From an uncultured Planctomycetaceae bacterium (GTDB lineage Bacteria > Planctomycetota > Planctomycetia > Isosphaerales > Isosphaeraceae): a DNA stretch of 64,000 nt. The stretch spans positions 2,112,001 to 2,176,000 of the forward strand of contig CAWIAD010000002.1 of the NCBI GenBank assembly GCA_963833985.1, given 5' to 3'. Under the pieces are notes generated by a model. It did no database searches, was not told where the DNA came from, and saw only the letters and a program-made list of their open reading frames with translations. The position numbers and the translations under genes were made by a program. The number at the start of each line of letters is the position of its first letter. The first letter of the stretch is position 1. Positions 26,412 to 37,088 of this stretch are shown one piece after another.

Positions 26412-27545
26412 TCAGTGCAGCACGGTCAGCGCCTCTTCTTCCTTGACTTTGCTGGCCGCTCGCTCATTTTTCTGGGCCGAGAGCAGGGTCAGCCCCATCT
26501 TCACCTTGTCGCCCAGGGTTTTCTGGGAGAGGCAAGTGTAAAGGCAAAGGCGGTCGCATTCCACGGTCTGCTTGCGGATTTCGCGGGCCTTGGGGCCGTA
26601 CCAGATCTCGCGCGCCGAGGCTTCCTTGATGTTGCCGATGGCGGGATAGAAGAAGCAGACCTCGATATCGCCGTTGGTGCGGATAAAGAAGTCGCGCATG
26701 CCCACGCGGCAGGGCATGGCTTCCGGCGGTGCCGACTTCTCCTGGAAGTGCGGTACCAGCAGCGAAATCACCAGCTCGGAATTCATGATGGGCTCGCCCT
26801 TGCGCTTCAGGTCGAGCATCGTGTCGACGACTTTCTGGACTTCGGGCCACTCGTCTTCCTCGACCCAGAGCTCGTTGTAGGTTTCTGGAGTCCAGCGATC
26901 CATGGGCTGGAAATTGAGTGCCGTGGCGCCCATCTCCTTGGCCCACTCCACCATCTCCGGCAAGTACTTGTAGTTTTTCTTGCCGATGGTGGGCTTGATG
27001 ACGATCGGGAAGTCGAGCCCGCGCTTGTCACGCTCCTCGCGGACATGGCGAATCCCCGCGCTCAGCTTGTCGAAGAGGCCGGGCCAGCCGCGGAGATAAT
27101 CGTGCATCTCGGCGTTCGGGGCGTCGACCGAAACGTTCAGGTTCCAGGGCCGCGCCTCGGCGAATTTGGCGGCATTCTTCTGATTGAGCGCAGAGCCGTT
27201 GGTCGTGACCCCCGCGTGGATGCCGTTCTTGTGGCAGAACATCATCAAATCGAGAAAGCCCGGCTTGATGAACGGTTCGCCACCACTGAAGCTGATCGAG
27301 AACGTTCCCACGAAGTCCTTGATGCTGAGAAGTGCATTCTGCCACTCCTCGATGCTCATCTCATCCTTGTATTTCGGCAGCCGCCAGTACTCGCAGTAAC
27401 GGCACTTCACATTGCAGCGCTCGTTGACCAGCCCGTAGAAGGTGATGGGCCTGGTGACGTCCTGGCCGCTTCGGAGGTACAGTTCCTCGGCGAAGTGATT
27501 GTATGTGTGCTTGAACGCAAGCTTTGATAGCGTGAGGACATTCAT
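26412..27545 (-). CDS. Radical SAM / SPASM-domain protein
   Basis: CNVKCRYC, SGGEP, C-terminal Cys cluster. Confidence 0.9.
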   Translation of the reverse strand: MNVLTLSKLAFKHTYNHFAEELYLRSGQDVTRPITFYGLVNERCNVKCRYCEYWRLPKYKDEMSIEEWQNALLSIKDFVGTFSISFSGGEPFIKPGFLDLMMFCHKNGIHAGVTTNGSALNQKNAAKFAEARPWNLNVSVDAPNAEMHDYLRGWPGLFDKLSAGIRHVREERDKRGLDFPIVIKPTIGKKNYKYLPEMVEWAKEMGATALNFQPMDRWTPETYNELWVEEDEWPEVQKVVDTMLDLKRKGEPIMNSELVISLLVPHFQEKSAPPEAMPCRVGMRDFFIRTNGDIEVCFFYPAIGNIKEASAREIWYGPKAREIRKQTVECDRLCLYTCLSQKTLGDKVKMGLTLLSAQKNERAASKVKEEEALTVLH

Positions 27546-28338
27546 GGCGGATCATCCGTCCGTCGTCAGGGTATCGGTTCGAAGCAAAACGCGGGAAACT
27601 CAATGAGGACCAGCACCGGACTGGGAGAGATGCCCGCTCTGTTCGTATGGCCCACCCGGAGATTCGGTTCGTTGTCGATCTCGTGGACTGCGTTGGTGGC
27701 AGCTGGGGCGGCCCGGGGTTACTGGTTTGCGAGGTCGGCCAGAAGGCCGGTCAGCGAACGCATCAGGTCGAGATGCCCTCCTGTCGGGCCGCGATCCCGG
27801 GCGTTTCACGTGCCTTAAACTACTAATAACGCGTTCGCCTCGACAAGCCCTCGTGCTCCAACATCCCGGGCCTCCCGCCTCGCGAGGCGTGCAAATCCCC
27901 CAGGAACGCTGGTTTTGTCGCAGGATGTCGATTTCAGGGAACATGGCGCTGGAGACAACTCAGGAAACCGGAATCCGGGTTCCTCCGATCATCGCCCGCA
28001 TACGGAAGGGTACGCCACGGTCCTGCGAAGATTTTTCGTCGAGACATTTTCCGGGTGACCTGACCCTCCGTTCCTGTCTGCTTACTTTTGGCCGGTACGG
28101 GTGTGACAGCGCTGCTGCTCGCCGGTGCAGGCTGATGCCCGCCTCGTGTTGCGTAGGAGCAGCAACTCTTCCTGGGCCAGTCACTCAGGAAGCGCCGCGG
28201 CCCAGGAGAAGTGTAGATCGTCCTTGCAGGAACTGGCTGGCCAAGATGATGGACGGTTCGTGATCGGCCCGGCCCTGAACCTGGCGGACCGGACGTCCCT
28301 GGCGAGTTGTCTCGGTGAGCTTCCGTCCCCCCGGCCAA

Positions 28339-30555
28339 TCAGCTCAGGTATACCGCGTCGACAAACGCCGTGTTGTCTCCCCCGGCGCTGTCCAGGCCCT
28401 GTAAGGTGATGGTGTGAGAGCCGGTGCTGACCGTGAACGGCGCGGTGGCGTAGGTCTGGTACGAGGTGCCGGAGGGTGTAAAGGTTCCCACCACCGTGCC
28501 GTCGATCGCCACGCTGAAGTTCTGCTTCGAGGCCTGGTAATTGGCGCGCTGGGCCGCGTCAAGGCTGAGCACGTAAGTCCCCGCGGTCCAGCCCGCAACC
28601 GACTGGCTGAAGAAGCCTTTTCCCTGCAAGAAAGCCACCTGGACGCCCTCGGGAGCCGGCGGGTTGCCGGCGGTGAATGCACTGTTGTTGCCCGATATTC
28701 CCGCCCCCCCGGTGAAGGTCCACGACGAACCGCTGGGGTCGTAGCGGAAGTTGCCCTGGCCAACCACCACCTGCTCGAACCCGGGATCTCCGATGCTCAC
28801 TGCGGGGGCCGTCGCCGCGGCCATCGCGTCGACGAACGCCGTGTTGTCTCCCCCGGCGCTATCCAGGCCCTGTAAGGTGATGGTGTGAGACCCGGCGCTG
28901 ACCATGAACGGCGCGGTGGTGTAGGTCTGGTACGAGGTGCCCGAGGGTGTGAACGTTCCCACCACCGTGCCGTCGATCGCCACGCTGAAGTTCTGTTTCG
29001 AGGCCTGGTAATTGGCGCGCTGGGCCGCGTCAAGGCTGAGCACGTAAGTTCCCGCGGTCCAGCCCGCAACCGACTGGCTGAAGGAACCCTTCTGCTGCAA
29101 GAAAGCCACCTGGACGCCCTCGGGAGCCGGCGGGTTGCCGGCGGTGAATGCGCTGTTGTTGCCCGAGATTCCCGCCCCGGTGAAGGACCACGACGAACCG
29201 CTGGGGTCGTAGCGGTAGTTGCCCTGACCGACCACCACTTGCTCGAACCCTGGATCTCCGATGGCAAAGCCGGTCAGAGCCGCTACCACCAGGTCAGATC
29301 GCCTGGGAGTTCCTTCCCCGGTGACCAGGTCGAAGCCGGGTCCGGCGGACCCGACGCCGTTGGAGCCGGAGGTAATGTCTTGAAGCGGCTGGGTTCCGTT
29401 CGTGCCTGTGGCCATGGCGTAGATGGCCGGCAGCGTCTGGCTCGGGCCGCTCAGGGTCGACTCGCCTTGCGCAGCGCGCTGCTGGTTCGCCAGGGCAATG
29501 AGCGCCGTCCATTGCGGGGCCCCCGCGCTGGTGCCGCCGTACTGGCCCCATCCGTACCCGCCGTAAGAATCGTAGACCGCAAAGCCCGTGTTCGGGTCAG
29601 CATCGTACGCGATGTCCGGGGTGGCGCGGTTCGTATAGCTGAGGCCGCTCTGGTAGCTGGGCCTGGCCTCGTACGCGCTGACGCCGCCTCCGCCGTAAGA
29701 CCATCCCACCTCACCCGTCCAGTTGAAGTTCGCATCGTGAGAAAGCGAAGTCCCGCCCACCGAGACGACGTTCGGCGACACGGCGGGATAGGATTGGTTG
29801 CCGCTGTCGCCCGCGGAGAACACAAAGGTCACGTTCGGGACAACAAACGTGCTGTCAGAATTGATCTCACCCTGAAACTCGCCACCTCCCCAGCTATTGG
29901 AGACCACCGTCGCACCCTGCTGGGCGGCCACCGTATCGGCATTCAGCAGGTCGCTCAAGCTGGACGACGCAGCCTCCACCAGGAGGATCTTGGCCTGTGG
30001 TGCGATCGCGTGCATCCACTCAACATCAAGCGAGATCTCCTGACCCCAGCCGGTATTGCCAGGAGGTTTGGATCCCGAGGCGTACACCTTGGTCAGCCAG
30101 CTTGTACTGGCGCCGTAGGCCGAGTAGTAGGTCGTCGATCCGCCCAGCGTGGTCATGAACTGCTTGTCGAAGACGTTGGCGTCGCTGAAGATGGATGGAT
30201 CGTCATACGCATCGACGATCGCAATGGTTTGTCCCTGCCCCAGATTGGAGATCTGGTCAATCGAGTCTATGTGTCGCATCTCGGCGGGTGTCAGTGCGCT
30301 GGCCGGTGGGCTGCCCGTTGCAAGCGGGCTGACGCCGGGGTAGGCGACGATCTTGTCGAGGAATGTCTGCTCCTGCCCTGGGAGCGAGATCGAGCTGGAC
30401 ACGGGGAGGATGTACGCCGGGTAGTCGCTCGGCACAGTTGCTGCCGCGGGCACCTGCGCTGTGCTCGAGGTAGCCAGGCTGAGCAATGTGCGCGCTTCCA
30501 GCGGCTCCAGAATCATGGGCCGGAAGCGAGGGAAGGCATTCCTGAGTTTTCTCAT
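28339..30555 (-). CDS. Secreted S53 (sedolisin-like) peptidase with two C-terminal beta-sandwich repeats
   Basis: LEPLEARTLLS; EISLDVEW, SAGDSG, GGTSAGAP. Confidence 0.9.
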   Translation of the reverse strand: MRKLRNAFPRFRPMILEPLEARTLLSLATSSTAQVPAAATVPSDYPAYILPVSSSISLPGQEQTFLDKIVAYPGVSPLATGSPPASALTPAEMRHIDSIDQISNLGQGQTIAIVDAYDDPSIFSDANVFDKQFMTTLGGSTTYYSAYGASTSWLTKVYASGSKPPGNTGWGQEISLDVEWMHAIAPQAKILLVEAASSSLSDLLNADTVAAQQGATVVSNSWGGGEFQGEINSDSTFVVPNVTFVFSAGDSGNQSYPAVSPNVVSVGGTSLSHDANFNWTGEVGWSYGGGGVSAYEARPSYQSGLSYTNRATPDIAYDADPNTGFAVYDSYGGYGWGQYGGTSAGAPQWTALIALANQQRAAQGESTLSGPSQTLPAIYAMATGTNGTQPLQDITSGSNGVGSAGPGFDLVTGEGTPRRSDLVVAALTGFAIGDPGFEQVVVGQGNYRYDPSGSSWSFTGAGISGNNSAFTAGNPPAPEGVQVAFLQQKGSFSQSVAGWTAGTYVLSLDAAQRANYQASKQNFSVAIDGTVVGTFTPSGTSYQTYTTAPFMVSAGSHTITLQGLDSAGGDNTAFVDAMAAATAPAVSIGDPGFEQVVVGQGNFRYDPSGSSWTFTGGAGISGNNSAFTAGNPPAPEGVQVAFLQGKGFFSQSVAGWTAGTYVLSLDAAQRANYQASKQNFSVAIDGTVVGTFTPSGTSYQTYATAPFTVSTGSHTITLQGLDSAGGDNTAFVDAVYLS
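28355..29263. repeat. Intragenic tandem duplication (~440 bp; 28355-28795 and 28826-29263)
   Basis: Near-identical DNA encoding IGDPGFEQ...TAFVDA twice. Confidence 0.9.
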
Positions 30556-30896
30556 GGATGGGCATCCCGGATGGATTGGTGCGGACCAACGGTTGCGCCG
30601 CGCGCGAGGAAACGCAAATGCTGGAACACACGCGCAGCCGTATGCTACAGAGATCAGGAGCGGCGCGGATCCCTCCGGCGGATCGCGTTCCTGTTCCGAA
30701 GCTGGCGAACGATACGACCCTGGCCCTGCCGGACCGATCGATCAGGACGTCTGCCCCAACGTCCTTTTGCCGTCGCCTACGATGATGCTTGACCACAGAA
30801 TAGAGTACTGGCTCTCCCTGGAGAATCAATCTTTTCTTTCGATCCTGGCGATGACTTCATGAACGGTGTCACGGTCGCCCGCTGGGCCGGCCCGCT

Positions 30897-31637
30897 TTGG
30901 AGCAGGCCAAAACGACGCGAACCGCGAGGCATGGTGGGATGCAGATCAACAGCCAGGCGATCGAGTGCGCCGAGCGAAACGCGGTTGAGACGACCCTGGC
31001 GTCCGATCGCTCGGCCGGTGCCGCAATGCGGATCAGCCAGGACGCACAGGAGCACTCCGACTGGCTCACCGGCGCGGCGAAGCAGCTCATTCCTTCAAGC
31101 CCGGTTGCTTGCCGTGAGGGGTGCGCATTCTGTTGCCGGCTGCGCGTCGTCACGACGATCCCGGAGGTCTTGCAGATTGCCGCGGCGATCCAGTTGTGGC
31201 CGTCACCGCAGCAATCGGCGGTGCGGGCTCGAATCGAGGCTCACGTCGCGGCCATGGCGGGTGTCGATGGAATCGCCCGTCGCATCACACTGACGACGTG
31301 TCCCCTGCTGGTGGACTCGAGATGCTCGGTCTATCTGATCCGTCCCCTGTCCTGCCGGGGCTGGAATTCTCTGGACGCCGAGGCGTGCGAGGCCAACGAT
31401 CGCGATCCCAGCCGGATGCTGCAAATTGAAATCAATATGCCACAGCATCAAATCAGCGCTCATGTTCAGCAAGGCATGGCTGACGGTCTCAAGCGCGCCG
31501 GACTGGAGCACAACCGCGTTGAGTTCATGGACGCACTGAAGCTGGCGCTGGTGGTTCCCGACGCCGAGGCACGCTGGCTGGCCGGCGAGTCCGTCTTCCA
31601 GTCCGCTGTGGCGCATCTCCAAGCAGGTTCGCAATAA
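30897..31637 (+). CDS. YkgJ-family cysteine-cluster protein
   Basis: CREGCAFCC, CPLL..SRCSVY..RPLSCR; start uncertain. Confidence 0.85.
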   Translation: MEQAKTTRTARHGGMQINSQAIECAERNAVETTLASDRSAGAAMRISQDAQEHSDWLTGAAKQLIPSSPVACREGCAFCCRLRVVTTIPEVLQIAAAIQLWPSPQQSAVRARIEAHVAAMAGVDGIARRITLTTCPLLVDSRCSVYLIRPLSCRGWNSLDAEACEANDRDPSRMLQIEINMPQHQISAHVQQGMADGLKRAGLEHNRVEFMDALKLALVVPDAEARWLAGESVFQSAVAHLQAGSQ

Positions 31638-32836
31638 TTCTTTGACAGGCATTCATCAGGTTGATGCGATCGTGGATGAACGGGAAGCCGCTCTTTGTGG
31701 TACACGATCGCAATCGTGTCACTTTTTCGATCGCCTCTTGGGACACGATTCCGGTGCGCCGTGGAAAGGTGTTGGTCTTCAGTGGGTGTAACTCCCACCC
31801 GGCAACTGGGTCGCTCCAGCCGGTAGCTATCGGAGCGGCGGTGGAGGAGACGAAACCGTCGGAGCCTTCGAGACAGATGTGTCGCTTGGCGATGCAGCGA
31901 ACCGACAGGCCGTAACGCGAGTGAACGTTGAGCAGGCCTCGAAAAGTCCAATGTGGTCGCCGACCTTGCTGGAATATGGGGAAGGCCGCCGTCGCTGGGG
32001 ATGAAAGGGAAACGGTTGGAATAGGCCGCCCCACGAGCGATCAGAACCCAGCGGGCCACCGGGGTATTGACGACGGCATGTCGGCACACGGAGATCAACA
32101 CAACACGGGAAACCCCAAGCGGTGAGGGCGCGTGACCCTCAACCGGACGCCCGCGAGGGACCGGCCGGGCTGCCTGGGGTGGCGGAGAGGCCCGTAGTAC
32201 CGTCGACGCCGGGTAACTCCGGTCGAGGGAAGGGGCCTTGGTTCAAGGTCAACGCAACAAGCGGCAGACAGCCGGGAGATTGGCGTGAGTCTATCACCTC
32301 CACTGAAGGTCGGGAAGTTGCAGACGGCGTTGCACACCAAAGCGAAGAACGCGCCCAACTATCGGTTCTACGTCCTGTACGACAAGATTTATCGACGTGA
32401 CGTTCTGGGATTCGCCTACGAACGCTGCCGTGCCAACGGCGGCGCGCCGGGGATCGACGGCCAGAGTTTCGCCGACATCGAGGCGTCCGGGAAGGAACGA
32501 TGGCTGGACGAACTGGCGGAACAACTTCGTAAGGAGACGTATCAACCCCAGGCGGTGCGGCGCGTGTACATCCCCAAAGGGGATGGCAAGCAAAGGCCGC
32601 TGGGCATTCCTTGCATCAAGGATCGTGTGGTGCAGATGGCTGCGGTGCTGGTCTTGGAGCCGATCTTCGAGGCCGACCTGGAGCCGGAACAACACGCCTA
32701 CCGCCCGGAGCGCAGCGCCCTGGACGCCGTCCGCGAAGTCGAACGGCTGCTCAAGACGGGGCACACCGAGGTGGTGGACGCGGACTTATCTGGATATTTC
32801 GATAGCATACCCCATTCCGAGTTAATGAAATCGGCG

Positions 32837-34633
32837 TCACGGCGCATCAGCGACGGTCGCGTCCTGCGGCTGATCAAGATGTGGCTGGAAACACCGGTGG
32901 AAGAAACCGACGGGAAGGGGCAGCGCCATCGAACGACCCGGAATAAAGACCAGGGGATGGGTACACCGCAAGGTGCACCGATCACGCCCCCAACAATGTT
33001 GCGAACTACGTTGTTGGGGGCCTTTCTCAAAAGGGGACGGACTGACCCGATACACGATGCGGACCTCCTGCTCGTCGATCTCGACCTTCTTCACCAAGGC
33101 CCGAACCACCTCCCGTCGCGTGGCCCAGTCCGGCTCTTGCAACCCTTGCGAGACGCGACGTGCGAACTCCTCCAACTGACCGATCACCAGTCGCAATTCC
33201 GCCTCTTGGGCGGCCTCGCCGATTCGTTGTCGATGCTCCTCCGCCAATCTCGAGAGGCGCGTCCTTGCCGCCGAGATCCGGGGCTCGAACTCCGATTTGT
33301 CGAGCAACCCGTCGCCGTAAGCATCGATTAATCGAGAAATCATCTTTTTCACATTATTTATCAATTTGCCGAGATGCTCCACCTCCTGATTCGGCCCGCC
33401 CTGGGCACCCTGCAGCCGCCGCTCGTACTCCTCCCGGACCCGCTCCGGCTCGGACAGGAGACCTCGTAAGTCCTCCCAGACGGCAGCGTCAAGGATATCG
33501 GTGCGGATCTGCTTGTTCCAGCAGAGGCGCTGCCCGCCGAAACGATAGGCGTCAGAGCCCGTGCAACGGTAGTACGCGTAGCGGACCCTACCCTTGCCCT
33601 CGAACGCGGCTCGGCTCGTCGGCTTGCCGTAGCAGCCGTAGCCGCAGCGCTTGCAGACGACCAGGCCCTGGAGCAGATATCGGCCACCGCCGGGCCGGTC
33701 GCGACGGCGTTGCCGGTTCTCTTCAAGCTGGGCCTGGACAGCCAGGAAGAGGTCTTCGCTCACCAGCCCGGGGACTTCAATGAAGATTTGATCTTCCGAG
33801 GATGTATCAACCCGTGAGACCGGTCGCCGGGAGTGTTCGGGGCGGCCTCGCTGCGGGCGGAGGCGTTGAGGTTTGAACTCACCTGAGCGCGTCTTGCCGA
33901 AGGCCGCGGTCCCCTTGTAGGCAGGGTTCTTGAGGATCAACCAGACCGTCGCGCGATCCCAGGCCGATTTCCCGGTCCGCGTCGGGATACTGTCGCGCCG
34001 GAGGCGTCGGCACACCTCGCCGATCGAGCACCGTTCCTGACCCACCCATTCGAAGATCTTCCGCACGACCCGGGACTCTTCAGCGAGGACCTGATAACGC
34101 GCCTCGCCACCTCCCTCGTGCTTGCCGATGTAACGGTAGCCGTACGGCGCGCCGCTGAGGACGTTGACCGAACCGCGGCGGGCGGCGTGTTGCTTGCCCC
34201 TGCGGCAACGCTCCATGATCTTGGCGCGCTCGTATTCCGCGATCATTCCCTGGACCTGAAGCAGCAGGTCGGCTTCCGGACTGCGGCCGACGGGGTTGCG
34301 CAAGAAGACGACCTCGACACCGCACCGGATAAGTTCCTCAAGGATCAAGACCTGATAGGCATACTTGCGTGAAAGTCGATCCGGATCGAGCATATAGAGG
34401 CGGTCGATGGCTCCAGCGGCGGCTTGGTCCCGAAGTCGCTCGAGTGCCGGTCGGGCCAGGATGTAACCGCTGACGCCGTCGTCCACGAAGTGCAGTTCGG
34501 GCTCGCATTCCAAGCCATCAGTGGCGATCCGCTGAGTGACCGCCTCGAGCTGGCTGGCGATCGTGTCCTCCTTCTCCTGCTGCTCCCCCGAAACCCGGGC
34601 GTAGAGCGCCACGCGGAGATTGTCCGTGATCAT
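32837..34633 (-). CDS. Large serine recombinase
   Basis: YARVS, DDGVSG...RPAL, DRLSR, APYGY, Zn ribbon (CKRCG...YYRC), coiled coil. Confidence 0.95.
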   Translation of the reverse strand: MITDNLRVALYARVSGEQQEKEDTIASQLEAVTQRIATDGLECEPELHFVDDGVSGYILARPALERLRDQAAAGAIDRLYMLDPDRLSRKYAYQVLILEELIRCGVEVVFLRNPVGRSPEADLLLQVQGMIAEYERAKIMERCRRGKQHAARRGSVNVLSGAPYGYRYIGKHEGGGEARYQVLAEESRVVRKIFEWVGQERCSIGEVCRRLRRDSIPTRTGKSAWDRATVWLILKNPAYKGTAAFGKTRSGEFKPQRLRPQRGRPEHSRRPVSRVDTSSEDQIFIEVPGLVSEDLFLAVQAQLEENRQRRRDRPGGGRYLLQGLVVCKRCGYGCYGKPTSRAAFEGKGRVRYAYYRCTGSDAYRFGGQRLCWNKQIRTDILDAAVWEDLRGLLSEPERVREEYERRLQGAQGGPNQEVEHLGKLINNVKKMISRLIDAYGDGLLDKSEFEPRISAARTRLSRLAEEHRQRIGEAAQEAELRLVIGQLEEFARRVSQGLQEPDWATRREVVRALVKKVEIDEQEVRIVYRVSPSPFEKGPQQRSSQHCWGRDRCTLRCTHPLVFIPGRSMALPLPVGFFHRCFQPHLDQPQDATVADAP

Positions 34634-34998
34634 GGTTTGTCAAACCCCCCCGACCTTGGACTGGATAGTGTGGACCACAGTCGCGTGGTTGCGGCTGGGT
34701 CGCGGCCGATCCAGGCGCTGCGAAACGACCGGGATCAAGACCTGATATGCACGCGCGATCAATTGCTCCTGAAGCCGAGTGAACTCGAAGTGGCGGGTGA
34801 CAGGAGGACTGAACGTGGGCCTCCGTGGGGACGTGATCATGTCGACTCCTCCTCTCCGAGAGCGCGGCCGCCAGCCTGCCTTGGATCGGGATCGAGTCGG
34901 GGCTGCCATCCGTGCCCGTACTTCGGTCGAAGCCGCGATCTGGAAATGACAGAGTCAGGAATCAGGGACGATTTTGCAACATTGTTGGGGGCGTGATC
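32980..34998 (-). mobile_element. 2015-bp large serine recombinase element inserted at GATC in the RT PQG motif
   Basis: GATC at both ends; perfect 23-bp inverted ends GATCACGCCCCCAACAATGTTGC; empty site visible at 41511-41514. Confidence 0.93.
34640..34840 (-). CDS. Small protein upstream of the recombinase (66 aa)
   Basis: GAGGAGGAG RBS; MITSPRRP...FEFTRLQEQLIARAYQVLIP; ends 6 bp before the recombinase start. Confidence 0.7.
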   Translation of the reverse strand: MITSPRRPTFSPPVTRHFEFTRLQEQLIARAYQVLIPVVSQRLDRPRPSRNHATVVHTIQSKVGGV

Positions 34999-35540
34999 TC
35001 ACCATTGTTGTCAAACATCTACATGCGACGATTTGTGAAGGGATGGAAGACTGGTGGACACGAGCGGCGTCTGGTCGCGCGAATCGTCAACTATGCGGAC
35101 GACTTCGTCATCTGCTGTCGCGGCACGGCCGAAGAGGCCATGACGGTGATGCGGAAGATGATGTCCAGGCTGAAGTTAACGGTGAACGAGACCAAGACGC
35201 GGCTGTGCCACCTGCCTGAGGAGACGTTCGACTTTCTGGGTTATACCCTCGGCCGGAACTACGACCGACGAACGGGCCGATCCTACATAGGGTCACGCCC
35301 ATCGCGGAAGAAGATCATTCGGCTGTGCAGCGAGATCAGTGCGATGACGACGCGCCAGACCACTGGACAGGACGTCGAGATGCAGATTGGTCGGATCAAT
35401 CGCAAGTTACGCGGTTGGTCCAACTATTTTCGCATCGGAACGGTGAGCCCAGCCTATCGCCAAGTCAACCACCACGTCCGCTACCGGGTACGTCAGTGGT
35501 TGTGTGCGAAGTTCAAGGTGCCGGGTCAGGGGCTCAGACG

Positions 35541-36825
35541 CAGGGCCAGCGCGCACTTTAGGCAGGCTTGGTAGGATGTAGGGGTTGCGCTTTGTGCCGT
35601 TTATTTGTATACCTCTCCGTGTGTGACATCGCTCCCGGCACACGGAGAATCCGCCATGGCAGATCATCGACGTGTCTCTTTGGATGAGGTTGTGGCCCAC
35701 TTTCAGCAATTGGAGGATCCACGCTCGACCATCAATCAGCGACATCCCCTGGTCAGTGTACTGGTTATCGCCTTGCTGGCGGTGCTCGCCGGTGCCGCCG
35801 GGCCAACCGCGATCGCGCGCTGGGCATCCCTGAAGCAGGAGCTTCTCCTTCAGGTGCTCGAGTTGCCCAACGGCGTGCCGCGCAAGGATGTCTTCCGCCG
35901 CGTCCTCATGATGCTGAAGCCGGCCGCCTTCCAGGCCTGCTTTGCCAGTTGGTTGCAGTCGTTGCGTACGGCGGCGATCGCGGCGACCGGCGTGGAGCAA
36001 CCCATCCTGGCTGTGGACGGCAAGACGGTGCGACGCAGCCACGACCACAAGAACGGTCTGGGTGCCCTGCATTCGGTCACCGTCTGGGCCAGCGAGTTCG
36101 GCCTCTCGCTGGGTCAGGTGGCCTGCGACGAAAAATCGAACGAAATCACGGCCATTCCCGAGCTTTTGAGGCTGGTGGACATCAAAGGGGCGATCATCAC
36201 CATCGACGCGATGGGCACTCAGAAGGCAATCGCAGCGGAGATCATCAAGGGCAAGGCCGACTTTGTGCTGGCGCTGAAGGGGAACCAAGAGACGCTGCAT
36301 CAGGCGGTCATCGATTACATCGACAAGCAACTCGATGGAGACATCTCCGATGCGCAAGAACATGTAACGAATGAGCGTGGACATGGGCGTGAGGAGATGC
36401 GAACCTATCTCCAGCTCCCGGCCCCCAAGGAGCTGCCCGGCTTCGATCTGTGGGCGGGACTGAAGTCGATCGGGGTGGTGACGTCGCGCTGCCTTCGGGA
36501 CGGGAAGGAATCTGTCGAAGTCCGCTACTACATCAGCAGTCTGGCCCTGGATGTGAAAACCTTCGCCCGAGCCGTTCGTGGGCACTGGGGTATCGAGAAC
36601 AGCTGTCACTGGACGCTGGACATGAGCTTTCGCGAGGACGAATCGCGGCTCCGCGAGCGGCGGTTGAGAGAGAATTTCGCGTGGCTGAACCGCTTCGCGT
36701 TGTCGCTCTGCAAACAGCATCCTGGACGCCAAAGCGTCGTGATGAAGCGCCGGAGTTGCGGTTGGAGCGATACCTTCTTGATGGAAGTCGTTACTGGATC
36801 TACATGTTAGTGTGCGCTGGCCCTG
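35541..36825 (+). mobile_element. ISAs1-family insertion sequence (1285 bp)
   Basis: Inverted repeats CAGGGCCAGCGCGCACT / AGTGTGCGCTGGCCCTG; 10-bp target duplication GGCTCAGACG (35531-35540, 36826-36835). Confidence 0.95.
35656..36810 (+). CDS. ISAs1 transposase
   Basis: DPR, AVDGK, KSNEITAIP, IDAMGTQ, LKGNQ, HWGIENSCHWTLD. Confidence 0.95.
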   Translation: MADHRRVSLDEVVAHFQQLEDPRSTINQRHPLVSVLVIALLAVLAGAAGPTAIARWASLKQELLLQVLELPNGVPRKDVFRRVLMMLKPAAFQACFASWLQSLRTAAIAATGVEQPILAVDGKTVRRSHDHKNGLGALHSVTVWASEFGLSLGQVACDEKSNEITAIPELLRLVDIKGAIITIDAMGTQKAIAAEIIKGKADFVLALKGNQETLHQAVIDYIDKQLDGDISDAQEHVTNERGHGREEMRTYLQLPAPKELPGFDLWAGLKSIGVVTSRCLRDGKESVEVRYYISSLALDVKTFARAVRGHWGIENSCHWTLDMSFREDESRLRERRLRENFAWLNRFALSLCKQHPGRQSVVMKRRSCGWSDTFLMEVVTGSTC

Positions 36826-37088
36826 GGCTCAGACGCTACCCTGACAGATACCTGCACCAGGAGTTGCATCTTTACCAGCTGCAACGAACCTAGCCGCGAT
36901 GGTTTCGTGAGCGAACGTGTGAACTCAACCGATGAGACAAGCCTTGTCCGAAAGCTGGATGCGGGAAAACCGCCCGTCCAGTTTGATGAGCGGGGTGTGG
37001 AAACGAGGCCCAGCCGAGCCATCGACTCGAGCCCACCGCGCCACACCTCGACTCTACATCGTGTCACTTCTTCGATCTGATGGAACCT

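Larger units (their letters stand above)
32285..36893 (+). pseudogene. ltrA: Intron RT/maturase split by two insertions
   Basis: Segments 32285-32983, 34999-35540 and 36836-36893 reconstruct the ORF at 40816-42114. Confidence 0.93.
31754..37057 (+). mobile_element. Group II intron copy 1, disrupted by a serine recombinase element and ISAs1
   Basis: GTGCG 5' end, domain V/VI, ...CTCTAC 3' end; 5304 bp = 1994 + 2015 + 1295. Confidence 0.95.

Noticed and set aside
27600..28338. ORFs between the radical SAM and S53 genes
   Set aside because: Low-complexity translations without motifs; probably intergenic
34912..35574. Independently expressed C-terminal RT half starting inside the recombinase element
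   Set aside because: In frame, but no RBS is visible and the end is cut by ISAs1
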